Source: a bacterium
GTDB lineage: Bacteria > UBA8248
Direction: 5' to 3'
DNA: 64,000 nt
Assembly: GCA_965213625.1 (NCBI GenBank)
Contig: CBDBZU010000004.1
Coordinates: 2,240,001 to 2,304,000, forward strand
Shown here piece by piece: positions 1 through 9,588 of the stretch. Position numbers and translations under genes: made by a program. The notes under the pieces were generated by a model that worked only from the letters and a program-made list of their open reading frames with translations, was not told where the DNA came from and searched no databases. Position 1 is the stretch's first letter. Every line of letters begins with the position of its first letter.

Positions 1-1
1 G

Positions 2-652
2 AGCAAGAGCGAGAGCGACTTAGGCGGCCTCAAGGAAGTATCCGCGCTCATCAAGGGGGCGGGCGCCTACAGCCGCCTGCGCTATGAGAGCGGCACGCAT
101 CGCGTCCAGCGGGTGCCCGTCACCGAGACCCAAGGCAGAATCCACACCTCCGCGGCCACGGTGGCCGTGCTTCCAGAAGCGGACGAGATAGCGCTCGACA
201 TCGGCGAGAAGGACTTAAGGATCGACGTCTACCGCTCCTCGGGCCCCGGGGGCCAGAGCGTGAACACGACCGATTCCGCCGTTCGCATCACCCATGTGCC
301 CACCGGCCTCGTCGTCACCTGCCAGGACGAGAAGAGCCAGCACAAAAACCGCGCCAAGGCCATGAAAATCCTCTCGGCCCATCTGCTGGACATGGAAATC
401 CAAAAACAGATGTCCGAGCGTTCCGCGCAGCGCAAAAGCCTCGTGGGTAGCGGGGACAGGAGCGAGCGGATCAGGACCTACAATTTCCCCCAGGACAGGA
501 TTACCGATCACCGCATCGGCCTCACCCTACACGGTCTTCCCGCCTTTATGGAGGGCGGCATCGACGAGATGGTCAAGCGGGTCATCGAGAGCCGTGAGGC
601 GGAACGTCTGGCCGAACTGGAAGAAAGCACGGAAGCCCACTCCGCGGAATGA
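2..652 (+). CDS. prfA: Peptide chain release factor 1 (5' truncated by window edge)
   Basis: Open frame from base 2; [13 protein letters not shown] contains the RF1-specific PxT motif; GGQ motif; followed by prmC. Confidence 0.96.
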   Translation, partial: SKSESDLGGLKEVSALIKGAGAYSRLRYESGTHRVQRVPVTETQGRIHTSAATVAVLPEADEIALDIGEKDLRIDVYRSSGPGGQSVNTTDSAVRITHVPTGLVVTCQDEKSQHKNRAKAMKILSAHLLDMEIQKQMSERSAQRKSLVGSGDRSERIRTYNFPQDRITDHRIGLTLHGLPAFMEGGIDEMVKRVIESREAERLAELEESTEAHSAE

Positions 653-1539
653 CCACTTCTCCTCCTGCGGCGCAAAGCGAATCAGGAACAAAAGTATGTG
701 CCCTGCTCTCCCGTCTGGAAGAGCGGTTCGCCGAGGCGGGCGTGGATGCGCCGGGGCTGGATGCGCGGCTCGTCGTGGCTGTGGTATTAGGCTGCGACAG
801 GGCGCACCTTCACGCGCATCCTGAAAAAGTGGTATCCGCCGGGGCGCTCGCGCGAGTGGAGGCGCTGGCGCGCAGAAGGGCCGAACGCGAGCCGTTGGCC
901 TATATCCTGGGCGAGCGGGAGTTCTGGTCCATGACTTTTCTCGTCTCGCCCGACGTGCTGATCCCCAGGCCCGAATCGGAGTTGCTCGTCGAACGCGCCG
1001 TGGCGCTTTTGGGAGAAGGACGAGAGAGCAGGATACTGGACTTGTGCACGGGCAGCGGCGCAGTGGGGCTGGCGATAGCCGGTGAATTAAGCGAGGCGCG
1101 CGTCACTTTGCTCGACCTCTGCCCGAAGGCGCTAAGAGTAGCGAGGCGGAACGCAGATAAATTCGGCCTTGCTAATCGAACGAGGTTTCTGGCCTCTGAT
1201 TTGTTTCAGGCTCTGGTCGGTGAGGAGCGGTTCGAGCTGATCGCCTCGAATCCGCCTTATGTGGCCGAGGGTGAACTGGTTGGCTTGATGCCTGAAGTTT
1301 CATCGTTCGAGCCGCGGCTCGCGCTCGATGGCGGCGCGGACGGGATGGACTTCATCCGGCGCATCATCGAGGCGGCGCCCGCTCATCTCGCGCGCGGGGG
1401 TTTCCTGATGATCGAGATGGACCCGCGCCAGATGACGGAAGCGGGAGCCTTGGCGGAACGACAAGGGGATTATCGCTCGGTGAGCCGGCATGAAGACCTC
1501 GCCGGGCGCGAGAGGGTTCTGGAACTCGAGAGGGTTTAG
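649..1539 (+). CDS. prmC: Release factor glutamine methyltransferase
   Basis: [19 protein letters not shown] motif, NPPY; overlaps prfA stop. Confidence 0.96.
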   Translation: MTTSPPAAQSESGTKVCALLSRLEERFAEAGVDAPGLDARLVVAVVLGCDRAHLHAHPEKVVSAGALARVEALARRRAEREPLAYILGEREFWSMTFLVSPDVLIPRPESELLVERAVALLGEGRESRILDLCTGSGAVGLAIAGELSEARVTLLDLCPKALRVARRNADKFGLANRTRFLASDLFQALVGEERFELIASNPPYVAEGELVGLMPEVSSFEPRLALDGGADGMDFIRRIIEAAPAHLARGGFLMIEMDPRQMTEAGALAERQGDYRSVSRHEDLAGRERVLELERV

Positions 1540-1541
1540 TT

Positions 1542-2801
1542 TTGGAGCGATTTCGTATCCGGGGAGGAAGGCCGCTTCGCGGCGAGGCCGAGGCGTCGGG
1601 TTCCAAGAACGCCTCTTTGCCGATTCTGGCCGCCGCCATTCTGGCCGATGGCGTCAGCCATGCGCGGCGCGTCCCGGACCTGCGCGATACGAATACGATA
1701 TTGGCGCTTCTGGGCGAATTCGGCGTAAAGACGCGCGAAGAATCGCCCGGGTGTATCGCCCTGGACGCCACGAACATCACCGGCGGCGTCGCGCCCTATG
1801 AACTGGTGCAGGCGATGCGGGCCTCCATCATGGTGCTGGGGCCATTGCTGGCGCGCTTCGGCTCGGCCCGCGTTTCCCTGCCGGGCGGCTGCGCCATCGG
1901 GGCCAGGCCCATCGATCAGCACCTGAAGGGACTGAGAGCGATGGGAGCGGAGATCGAGATAGAGAAGGGTTACATCGAGGCCAGAGCCCGGAAACTCACG
2001 GGTGCGCGAATATCGTTCGACTTAACGACGGTGACGGGTACGAAGAACCTGATGATGGCGGCTTCTCTGGCGAATGGTGTCACCGTGCTCGAGAATGCCG
2101 CCTTGGAACCCGAGGTTGTCGCGGTCGCGGATTTGTTGAACCAGATGGGCGCGAAGGTGAGCGGTGCGGGCACGCCCGTTATCGAGATCGAAGGGGTGGA
2201 TTCCCTCGGGGGATACGACGCGGTCGTCCCTGCAGACCGCATCGAGGTGGGAACCCTCATGATTGCCGCCGCCATCACGGGAGGGGATTTGAGAATTACG
2301 AATTGTGAGCCGGAGCAGGTGCATGCGCTGGCGCTCAAGCTGAGCGAGGCCGGTCTCGAAGTTTCAGAAGGCGTGGACTGGATTCACGTACGTGGCGACG
2401 GCTCCGTACGGCCCGTGAACGTGAAGACGGCGCCTTATCCCGGATTCCCCACGGACCTGCAGGCCCAGTTCATGGCGTTGATGACGCTGGCGGGCGGAAC
2501 CTGCGTACTTACGGAGACCATTTTTGAGAATCGCTTCATGCACGCCTCCGAGCTTGCCAGAATGAACGCGCGGATTCATATCGACGGCCGGACGGCGCAT
2601 ATCGACGGGGTGGCGCACCTCGCCGGCGCCTCGGTGACGGCGACCGACTTGAGGGCGAGCGCATCGCTTGTTCTGGCGGGTCTGGCGGCGAGTGGAGAAA
2701 CCATCGTTCGCAACGTATATCATATCGACAGGGGATATCAGCGGCTCGAGGAGAGGTTGAGAGAACTCGGCGCGGATATCGAGCGCGAAGTGGAGTCGTG
2801 A
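1542..2801 (+). CDS. murA: UDP-N-acetylglucosamine 1-carboxyvinyltransferase
   Basis: [16 protein letters not shown] (active-site Cys), [12 protein letters not shown]. Confidence 0.97.
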   Translation: MERFRIRGGRPLRGEAEASGSKNASLPILAAAILADGVSHARRVPDLRDTNTILALLGEFGVKTREESPGCIALDATNITGGVAPYELVQAMRASIMVLGPLLARFGSARVSLPGGCAIGARPIDQHLKGLRAMGAEIEIEKGYIEARARKLTGARISFDLTTVTGTKNLMMAASLANGVTVLENAALEPEVVAVADLLNQMGAKVSGAGTPVIEIEGVDSLGGYDAVVPADRIEVGTLMIAAAITGGDLRITNCEPEQVHALALKLSEAGLEVSEGVDWIHVRGDGSVRPVNVKTAPYPGFPTDLQAQFMALMTLAGGTCVLTETIFENRFMHASELARMNARIHIDGRTAHIDGVAHLAGASVTATDLRASASLVLAGLAASGETIVRNVYHIDRGYQRLEERLRELGADIEREVES

Positions 2802-3508
2802 TGAAAGAGAATCAGGAAAAAGAATTGATTATCGCACTTCCGAAGGGAAGAATTTTTACCGATGCCACCGAATGTCTGGTGAAGGCGGGTGTCTTGTCCA
2901 AACCGATATCGGACAAATCCAGGAAGCTTATCCTTCGGGACCCGAAAACGGGCGTCCGGGTCCTGATTCTCAGGAATCACGACGTGCCCATCTACGTCGA
3001 GCGCGGCGCCGCCGATCTGGGCGTTATCGGACGCGACGTTTTGCTCGAACAGGGGCGCGACGTATACGAGCCACTGGACATGAACATGGCGCCGTGCCGC
3101 CTCATGGTGGCGGCGCCCGAGGGCATCGCCTGGGAGGATTTGACTGGGCGGATATCGCTGCGCGTGGCGACGAAGTTTCCCACCATCACCACCCGTTTTT
3201 TCGAGCAGATGGGGGTTCAGGCCAAGATCATCAGGCTTTACGGCAACGTGGAGATCGCGCCCGCCACCGGCGTGGCGGACCTGGTTGTGGATTTGGTGGA
3301 CACCGGTGGAACGCTGCGCGCCAACGGGCTGGTGCCGATTCGCGAGATATTCAGCGCGACCGCCAGACTCATCGCCAACAGGGCGAGCCTGAAGACGAAC
3401 TATAAAAAAGTGAGTGCGATCATCGAACAGTTGAAGGGGGTGATTCCCACAGCCCAAAACCGTTCCGGTAACGGCGCGGGGCCGGCGCCCGGTGAGGAGA
3501 AGGCGTGA
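2801..3508 (+). CDS. hisG: ATP phosphoribosyltransferase, short form
   Basis: IALPKGR, DVPIYVERGAADLG, DLVDTGGTLRANGL; no C-terminal regulatory domain. Confidence 0.95.
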   Translation: MKENQEKELIIALPKGRIFTDATECLVKAGVLSKPISDKSRKLILRDPKTGVRVLILRNHDVPIYVERGAADLGVIGRDVLLEQGRDVYEPLDMNMAPCRLMVAAPEGIAWEDLTGRISLRVATKFPTITTRFFEQMGVQAKIIRLYGNVEIAPATGVADLVVDLVDTGGTLRANGLVPIREIFSATARLIANRASLKTNYKKVSAIIEQLKGVIPTAQNRSGNGAGPAPGEEKA

Positions 3509-4836
3509 GACGCTTCAGTTTCGCGGGGGAGAATTTCGCCGCCGGGATCGAGCGCCTCTCTCTGAGCGGAGAAGATGCCTTTTCCCGCGTCGAGGCCGAT
3601 GTGCGCGCGATCATCGAACGCGTACGCGCGGAGGGTGACGACGCGCTCGTTGAGCTTACGAAAAAGTTCGACGGTGTTTCCCTGGACGCCGGGAGCCTGG
3701 TCGTAGGCCAGGAGGAGATGGCGCGCGCGGTCGATACGCTGCCGCCCGAGACGCTGGGCGCCCTGAAACTCGCCGAGGAGCGGATTCGCGCATTCCACGA
3801 GGCGCAGGTTCCCCGAAGGATCACGGCCGAGCAGACACCCGGCGAGCGGCTCTCGTTAGAACCCACCCCGCTCGCAAGTGTGGGTCTCTATGCGCCCGGC
3901 GGCACGGCGGCCTATCCCTCTACTGTGCTCATGAACGCCGTTCCTGCGCGCGTGGCGGGTGTGGACGACCTGGTTTTGTGTACGCCGCCGGGTCCAAACG
4001 GCGAGGTGCCCGCCGCCGTACTGGCGGCGGCTTCTCTGGCGGGTCTCGAGCGCGTCGTGCGCATCGGCGGTGCGCAGGCGATCGCCGCCATGGCGTATGG
4101 AACGAAGAGCGTCCCCCGCGTGGACAAGATAGTGGGGCCGGGCAACGTATACGTCGCCGCCGCGAAGCGCATCGTGCGCGGGCGCGTGGAAATCGATAAA
4201 GAAGCTGGTCCGAGCGAGGTGGTCGTGCTCCTGGACGACCCCGCTCTGGCCGAATGGGCGGCGGCGGATTTGCTCGCCCAGGCCGAGCACGACGCGCAGG
4301 CGATGGCGGTGGGCGTTTGCGTGGGCGCGGGTGTGGCCGACGCCTTAGAAAGAGAAGTGGAAAGCCAATTGCGCGCAGCCTTAAGGAGCGAGGAGATAGC
4401 GCAGGCTTTGGAGAATCGCGGGGCCATCATCGAGGCGGCCTCGCGTGATGAGGCGCTAAAGGTGGCGGAAATGCTGGCGCCGGAGCACCTGGAGATATTG
4501 ATGGAGCGCGCTGAAGAGGCGGCCTCAGGGGTTCGCAATGCAGGCGCGGTGTTCTGCGGGCCGTGGAGTCCGGTTCCTTTGGGCGATTACATCGCAGGCC
4601 CCAACCACGTGCTTCCCACCGGAGGAGCCGCTCGCTTCGCCTCGCCGCTCGGCGTATATGATTTCATGAAATGGACGAGCAAGGTGTGTTTCGATGAGGC
4701 CGCCGCCGCGCGGCTGGCCGAGACTGCGGCGAGACTCGCCGATCTGGAAGGCCTGCCTGCCCATGCGCGGGCCTTGCGCTTGAGGCGTGGCGCTTCTGAA
4801 GAGGACGCTGGCGGGGCGCGCACGGATCAAGCATAA
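3505..4836 (+). CDS. hisD: Histidinol dehydrogenase
   Basis: YAPGGTAAYPS, GPGNVYV, AGPSE, QAEHD, APEHL, GPNHVLPT. Confidence 0.97.
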   Translation: MRRFSFAGENFAAGIERLSLSGEDAFSRVEADVRAIIERVRAEGDDALVELTKKFDGVSLDAGSLVVGQEEMARAVDTLPPETLGALKLAEERIRAFHEAQVPRRITAEQTPGERLSLEPTPLASVGLYAPGGTAAYPSTVLMNAVPARVAGVDDLVLCTPPGPNGEVPAAVLAAASLAGLERVVRIGGAQAIAAMAYGTKSVPRVDKIVGPGNVYVAAAKRIVRGRVEIDKEAGPSEVVVLLDDPALAEWAAADLLAQAEHDAQAMAVGVCVGAGVADALEREVESQLRAALRSEEIAQALENRGAIIEAASRDEALKVAEMLAPEHLEILMERAEEAASGVRNAGAVFCGPWSPVPLGDYIAGPNHVLPTGGAARFASPLGVYDFMKWTSKVCFDEAAAARLAETAARLADLEGLPAHARALRLRRGASEEDAGGARTDQA

Positions 4837-4900
4837 TCGCACTGCCGAAAGGCGGCGTTTTCACTGAAGTTGGAACTTTTCATCCGCCGGGAGAGAGAAG

Positions 4901-5503
4901 GTGGCCGCAAAAGCCAAGCAGAGAAAAGCGCGCGTGAGCAGAAAGACGAAGGAGACCGATTTTTCCGTCGCGGTTAACTTGGACGGCGCGGGGGAGGCCG
5001 AAATCAATACGGGCCTCGGTTTTTTCGATCACATGCTCGCCCAGATCGCCCGCCACGGGCTGGTGGATATGACCGTTCGCGGCAAGGGAGACTTGGACGT
5101 CGACGGCCACCACACGGTGGAGGACGTGGGCATTATTCTGGGGCAAACGCTGGCCAAGGCGCTCGGGGACCGGGCGGGCATCACCCGCTACGCCGACGTG
5201 CGCCTGCCGATGATGGACGCGCTCGTTCACGTGGCGGCGGATTTCGGCGGCAGGGGAAACCTCGTCTTCCGCGCCGCGTTCCCCGAAGCCCGAATCGGCG
5301 AGTTCGACACCTCGCTCGTGCGCGAATTCTTCTGGTCCCTGGCCACCCACGCAGGCGTCGACCTCCACGTCGAGGTCTGCTACGGGGACAACAGCCACCA
5401 CATGGTCGAAGCCGTGTTCAAGGGCTTTGCGCGGGCGTTGCGCGCTGGCGTCGCGCTCGACCCGAGAGATACGAGCGTGCCCAGCACCAAGGGCGTCTTA
5501 TAA
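4901..5503 (+). CDS. hisB: Imidazoleglycerol-phosphate dehydratase
   Basis: [32 protein letters not shown]. Confidence 0.97.
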   Translation: MAAKAKQRKARVSRKTKETDFSVAVNLDGAGEAEINTGLGFFDHMLAQIARHGLVDMTVRGKGDLDVDGHHTVEDVGIILGQTLAKALGDRAGITRYADVRLPMMDALVHVAADFGGRGNLVFRAAFPEARIGEFDTSLVREFFWSLATHAGVDLHVEVCYGDNSHHMVEAVFKGFARALRAGVALDPRDTSVPSTKGVL

Positions 5504-5528
5504 GATATCTTTCTGGAGTTACATCATC

Positions 5529-5841
5529 GGGTTGTTGAAAAAGTTCCCGGGAAGCGATTTTTGTTTCGCGCACGCTTTTGAAGTTCACTCCCCCCTTGAG
5601 GGGGAGTCGATGAAGCCGAGCGGTATTTGCGAAGGCTGAATCGGTGGGGGGTAGAATGCGTTTTATCGCCATTCCGGAATATACCCCCCACCAGTTCGCT
5701 TTCGGGCTTACGTCCTCAACTCACTGACTCCCCCTCAAGGGGGGAGTGGTTGGTTGGCGATTTCAAGGGAGGAGTAAAGTTTCATCCCTCCCTAGTCGGC
5801 TCCATACGTGGAATCACGAAATCGGGGTTTTTCAACAGCTC
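5529..5841. mobile_element. MITE-like composite element, copy A, with a nested palindromic cassette
   Basis: Ends GGGTTGTTGAAAAA (5529-5542) and TTTTTCAACAGCTC (5828-5841), 12/14 inverted match; perfect 23-bp inner IR 5586-5608/5726-5748; homologous to 8845-9180. Confidence 0.75.
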
Positions 5842-5857
5842 CAGAAGGGGGAGTAGA

Positions 5858-6526
5858 ATGACGGCCGAGATCGTCGTAGTCGACTACGGCATGGGAAACG
5901 TCCTGAGCGTCAGGAACGCGCTGGCCAAAATAGGCGCCGAGGCGGTGCTGAGCGACGACCCGCAAGTCCTGGAGGCGGCAACGGGCGTCATCATGCCAGG
6001 CATTGGTGGTTTTCCGGAATGCATGCGCGCCCTGGAGGACGCAGGTCTCACAGGACCACTTCGCCGCGTCATCGAAGAGGGCGTTCCCTACCTCGGGATA
6101 TGCCTGGGTCTTCAGGTTCTTTTTGAGGAAAGCGAGGAGTTCGGTTCCACGCCTGGGCTGGGAATTCTCCCCGGGCGCGTGCGGCGTTTTCCCGAGGGGA
6201 TGACCGAAAACGGCTCAGCACTTCCCCTGAAGGTCCCCCACATGGGCTGGAACCAGCCGCAGTTTCAGAACCACTCCCCGATTCTCGCGGGCGTGCCCCA
6301 GGGAGCGCATTTCTATTTCGTCCACTCCTACTATGCGGAGCCCTCAGAAGCCTCCCGGCCCTGGATTGCGGCGACGTGCGATTTCGGCGTGCCCTTCATC
6401 GCCAGTGTTCATCGGGAAAACCTCTTCGCCACCCAGTTTCACCCCGAGAAAAGCGGTACGCTCGGTTTGGGGATTTTGAGGAAGTTCGTCGACATCTGCC
6501 GCACGCATAAAGCCTTATCCGCATAG
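5858..6526 (+). CDS. hisH: Imidazole glycerol phosphate synthase, glutamine amidotransferase subunit
   Basis: DYGMGN, GICLGLQ, VPHMGWN, QFHPEKS; start set at ATG 5858 after GGGGAG RBS. Confidence 0.96.
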   Translation: MTAEIVVVDYGMGNVLSVRNALAKIGAEAVLSDDPQVLEAATGVIMPGIGGFPECMRALEDAGLTGPLRRVIEEGVPYLGICLGLQVLFEESEEFGSTPGLGILPGRVRRFPEGMTENGSALPLKVPHMGWNQPQFQNHSPILAGVPQGAHFYFVHSYYAEPSEASRPWIAATCDFGVPFIASVHRENLFATQFHPEKSGTLGLGILRKFVDICRTHKALSA

Positions 6527-6666
6527 GGGCGGCCCCTGCGGCGGGTCACCTTATCCTCTCGCGGGTCCTTTTCTGCAAGAAATCCCCGTAAGCGTTTGCA
6601 ATAAAACCCGTTTGGGTTTAATGAGAGGCGCAAGTGTTGCGGGAATCTCATCTTGAGGATGTCGTT

Positions 6667-7392
6667 TTGCTTCTCATTCCGGCGGTCGATCTCAAGGGCG
6701 GTAAATGCGTGAGGCTCATCCAGGGCCAGAAAGGCCGCGAGATCGTCTATGGTGACGACCCTGTGGCCTGGGCCCTGCGCTGGGTGGAGCAAGGAGCGCA
6801 GCGGCTTCACCTCATCGATCTCGACGGCGCCTTTGACGGCGCGCCAGCCCACATCGACGTTCTGACGCAGGTGGCCGGGGCGGTAGACGTTCCCGTGGAG
6901 TTCGGCGGCGGCGTGCGGTCCGAGGAATCGCTCGCTGAAGTTCTGGAGGCGGGGGCGAGCTTCGTCATCCTCGGTACGAGCGCGCTCAGAAACCCTGAAT
7001 TCTTGGAATCCGCCGCCCGAAATAATCCCGGCAAAATCCTTTTGGGCATCGACGCCAAAGACGGTGAAGTCAGAATCTCGGGCTGGGAGGAGGGAGACTC
7101 GGTATCGCCCGAGTCGCTGGCGAACCGCTTCGCCGATCTCCCCCTGGCGGGAATCATATTCACCGACATCAGGCGCGACGGCACGCTGGAGGGCTTCGAC
7201 CCCGCCCCTACTGTAGCTCTCGCGGAAGCCTGCGGTCTGCCCGTCATCGCCGCAGGCGGGGTGAGCAGGCTCGAGGACGTCACAAAGCTCATCCCCCTGG
7301 AAGATAAGGGCGTCATCGGCGCCGTCGTGGGACGCGCCCTCTATGAGGGGACCATGGATTTCCCAAAGGCGATGGAGATGCTCTCTTGCTAG
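6667..7392 (+). CDS. hisA: ProFAR isomerase
   Basis: [35 protein letters not shown]; start codon uncertain (TTG 6667 chosen). Confidence 0.95.
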   Translation: MLLIPAVDLKGGKCVRLIQGQKGREIVYGDDPVAWALRWVEQGAQRLHLIDLDGAFDGAPAHIDVLTQVAGAVDVPVEFGGGVRSEESLAEVLEAGASFVILGTSALRNPEFLESAARNNPGKILLGIDAKDGEVRISGWEEGDSVSPESLANRFADLPLAGIIFTDIRRDGTLEGFDPAPTVALAEACGLPVIAAGGVSRLEDVTKLIPLEDKGVIGAVVGRALYEGTMDFPKAMEMLSC

Positions 7393-8156
7393 CCAAGCGA
7401 ATCATTCCCTGCCTGGACGTCAAGGAAGGCCGCGTGGTGAAGGGCGTGAATTTCGAGGGCCTGCGCGACGCGGGCGACCCCGTGGAGTGCGCCGCGCATT
7501 ATGACGACATGGGCGCGGATGAAATCTGCTTTCTCGACATCACGGCCTCGAAGGAAAAGCGCGGCACCCTGCTCGACATGGTGCGCCGCACGGCGGAGCG
7601 CGTGTTCGTTCCCTTGACGGTGGGCGGCGGCGTGCGCGAGGAGCAAGACGTGCGCGATCTGCTGCGAGCAGGGGCGGACAAGGTGAGCATCAACAGCGCG
7701 GCGCTCAGGGACTCAGGACTTCTCAAGCGCTCGGCGGAGCGCTACGGGAGTTCCACCATCGTGTGCGCCATCGACGCCAAGCGCGTCTCGGAAGATGCGG
7801 ATGCGCCCCGTTGGGAGGCGTTCACGCACGGGGGTTCGCGGCCCACCGGACAGGACGCCGTGGCCTGGGCGGAGGAGGCGTGCGAACTGGGCGCGGGCGA
7901 GATTCTCCTCACCAGCATGGACAGGGACGGAACCAAGGACGGGTATGACCTGGCCCTCACGCGCACGATTGCCGAGCGTGTGGGCGTGCCCGTCATCGCC
8001 TCGGGCGGCGTGGGGAATCTGGAGCATCTTTACGATGGTTTGGAGGAAGGCTGCGCCGACGCCGTGCTGGCCGCCTCGATATTTCACTTTGGCGATTATT
8101 CGGTCGAGGAGGTGAAAGTCTATCTGCGCGAGCGCGGCGTGGAGGTGAGGCTGTGA
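7386..8156 (+). CDS. hisF: Imidazole glycerol phosphate synthase, cyclase subunit
   Basis: [36 protein letters not shown]. Confidence 0.98.
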   Translation: MLAKRIIPCLDVKEGRVVKGVNFEGLRDAGDPVECAAHYDDMGADEICFLDITASKEKRGTLLDMVRRTAERVFVPLTVGGGVREEQDVRDLLRAGADKVSINSAALRDSGLLKRSAERYGSSTIVCAIDAKRVSEDADAPRWEAFTHGGSRPTGQDAVAWAEEACELGAGEILLTSMDRDGTKDGYDLALTRTIAERVGVPVIASGGVGNLEHLYDGLEEGCADAVLAASIFHFGDYSVEEVKVYLRERGVEVRL

Positions 8157-8827
8157 GCGAGGTGGAAATCCCCGAAATCAAGTGGAACGAGCAGGGCCTT
8201 GCCCCCGCCGTCTGCCAGGATGCGGGAACGGGGCAGGTCCTGACCCTCGCTTGGGTGAACGAAGAATCGCTCCGCTTGACGCTGGAGAAGGGAACCGTCC
8301 ATTTCTGGTCCCGCTCCCGAGGGGAGCTCTGGCACAAGGGCGAGACCTCGGGAAATTATCTGCATCTGGTCTCGGCGAGGCTCGATTGCGACGCGGATGC
8401 GCTGGTGTTCATCGTGCGGCCCGACGGGCCGGCCTGCCACACGAACCGGATGTCGTGTTTTTTTAACGAAATCCCCGTGCCCGAGCGGGAAGGAGAGGGC
8501 GAGGCGCTCGATTTCGATCAGAACCTGCTTGAATCGGTATATCGCCTGATCCTGGACAGGAAAAAGGCGGGCGAAACGGATTCGAGCTACGTGGCGCGCC
8601 TGTTCGCCAGGGGCGAGGAGCGTGTGCTGGAGAAGATAGACGAAGAGGCCGCCGAGGTCGTCACGGCCATGCGCGAAGAGGGCCCCGACGCGATAACGAA
8701 CGAGGTGGCCGACTTGTGGTTCCATACCCTGGTGGGGATGGCCGCGCACGACGTGCCGCCGGGGCGGGTTTTTGCGGAATTGGCGCGCCGGTTCGGGCGC
8801 GGCGGGAGGCCCGAGTCCGAGAGATAG
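8153..8827 (+). CDS. hisIE: Bifunctional phosphoribosyl-AMP cyclohydrolase / phosphoribosyl-ATP pyrophosphatase
   Basis: [26 protein letters not shown], then EEAAEV and EVADLWFH. Confidence 0.95.
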   Translation: MSEVEIPEIKWNEQGLAPAVCQDAGTGQVLTLAWVNEESLRLTLEKGTVHFWSRSRGELWHKGETSGNYLHLVSARLDCDADALVFIVRPDGPACHTNRMSCFFNEIPVPEREGEGEALDFDQNLLESVYRLILDRKKAGETDSSYVARLFARGEERVLEKIDEEAAEVVTAMREEGPDAITNEVADLWFHTLVGMAAHDVPPGRVFAELARRFGRGGRPESER

Positions 8828-8844
8828 GACGTTCCCGGCCAAAT

Positions 8845-9180
8845 GGGCTAGTTGAAAAAGTCCCTGGGAAACGATTCGGGTTGCGCGCTCGCTTTTGAAT
8901 TTCACTCCCCCCTTGAGGGTCGGTCTATCCTCCTCGGGTAGACCGACGGTGAGGTATGGGAGTTTTACCCCCGAAACTGAACCGGTGGGGGTATATTTCG
9001 AAATGGCGATAAAACGCATCCTACCCCCCACCGAGTCAGCCTTCACCTATCGGTTCGGCTTCCTCGTCTGGCTTTCCCCTCGGGAAGCCAGACCCTCAAA
9101 GGGGGGAGTGAAGTTTCATACCTCCTCGCTCGGTTGGTTACATACGCAGAATCACGAGGTCGGGATTTTTTCAAAAACCC
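8845..9180. mobile_element. MITE-like composite element, copy B; inner cassette inverted relative to copy A
   Basis: Ends GGGCTAGTTGAAAAA and TTTTTTCAAAAACCC; flanks align with copy A in the same orientation; core ~8984-9044 is the reverse complement of 5631-5692. Confidence 0.75.
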
Positions 9181-9588
9181 CAAAATTGGGCGAATTCCGC
9201 CCGAAGCGATGATTGTTTCATTATATTCATTATGTTTGACAATTTTCGGCTCCGCTCCTATATTGACTTCTAATAGTATGGGGTAGTGTGCACTTTGTAG
9301 CGCCCGATTATATAAGCAGTTGAAATTCAAAAAGATACGGGATGGCTGAGGGTCATCCCCTCATTTTATTCATGGACGCTGCGTTCTTCGGTCTGTCTTG
9401 AAGAACGCTCGACGAAAAGGACCCCGATTACCATTTCGCCCCACCGGTGTTTCCACTGATTCCAGACCGGGATGCCGGAAGAGCACCGCCTGTTTTTCAA
9501 TCGAGATTTTCGGAAAACGCCGTTTTGCCCCGGTAGTGGGCGAAGCGCATTATTTATTGTTGAATCTATTATCCGTGGATGATGGTTG

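Noticed and set aside
5627-5857. N-terminal extension of HisH through the repeat element
   Set aside because: A good RBS and ATG at 5858 match the normal HisH start; the upstream frame is repeat sequence
6523-6545. Possible degenerate REP (TAGGGGCGGCCCCTG) at the hisH stop
   Set aside because: Too short and has no partner; may be a chance GC hairpin
8895-9212. Short ORFs within the elements sharing the peptide MAIKRILPPT
   Set aside because: The similarity reflects the DNA repeat itself; no RBS or transposase motif
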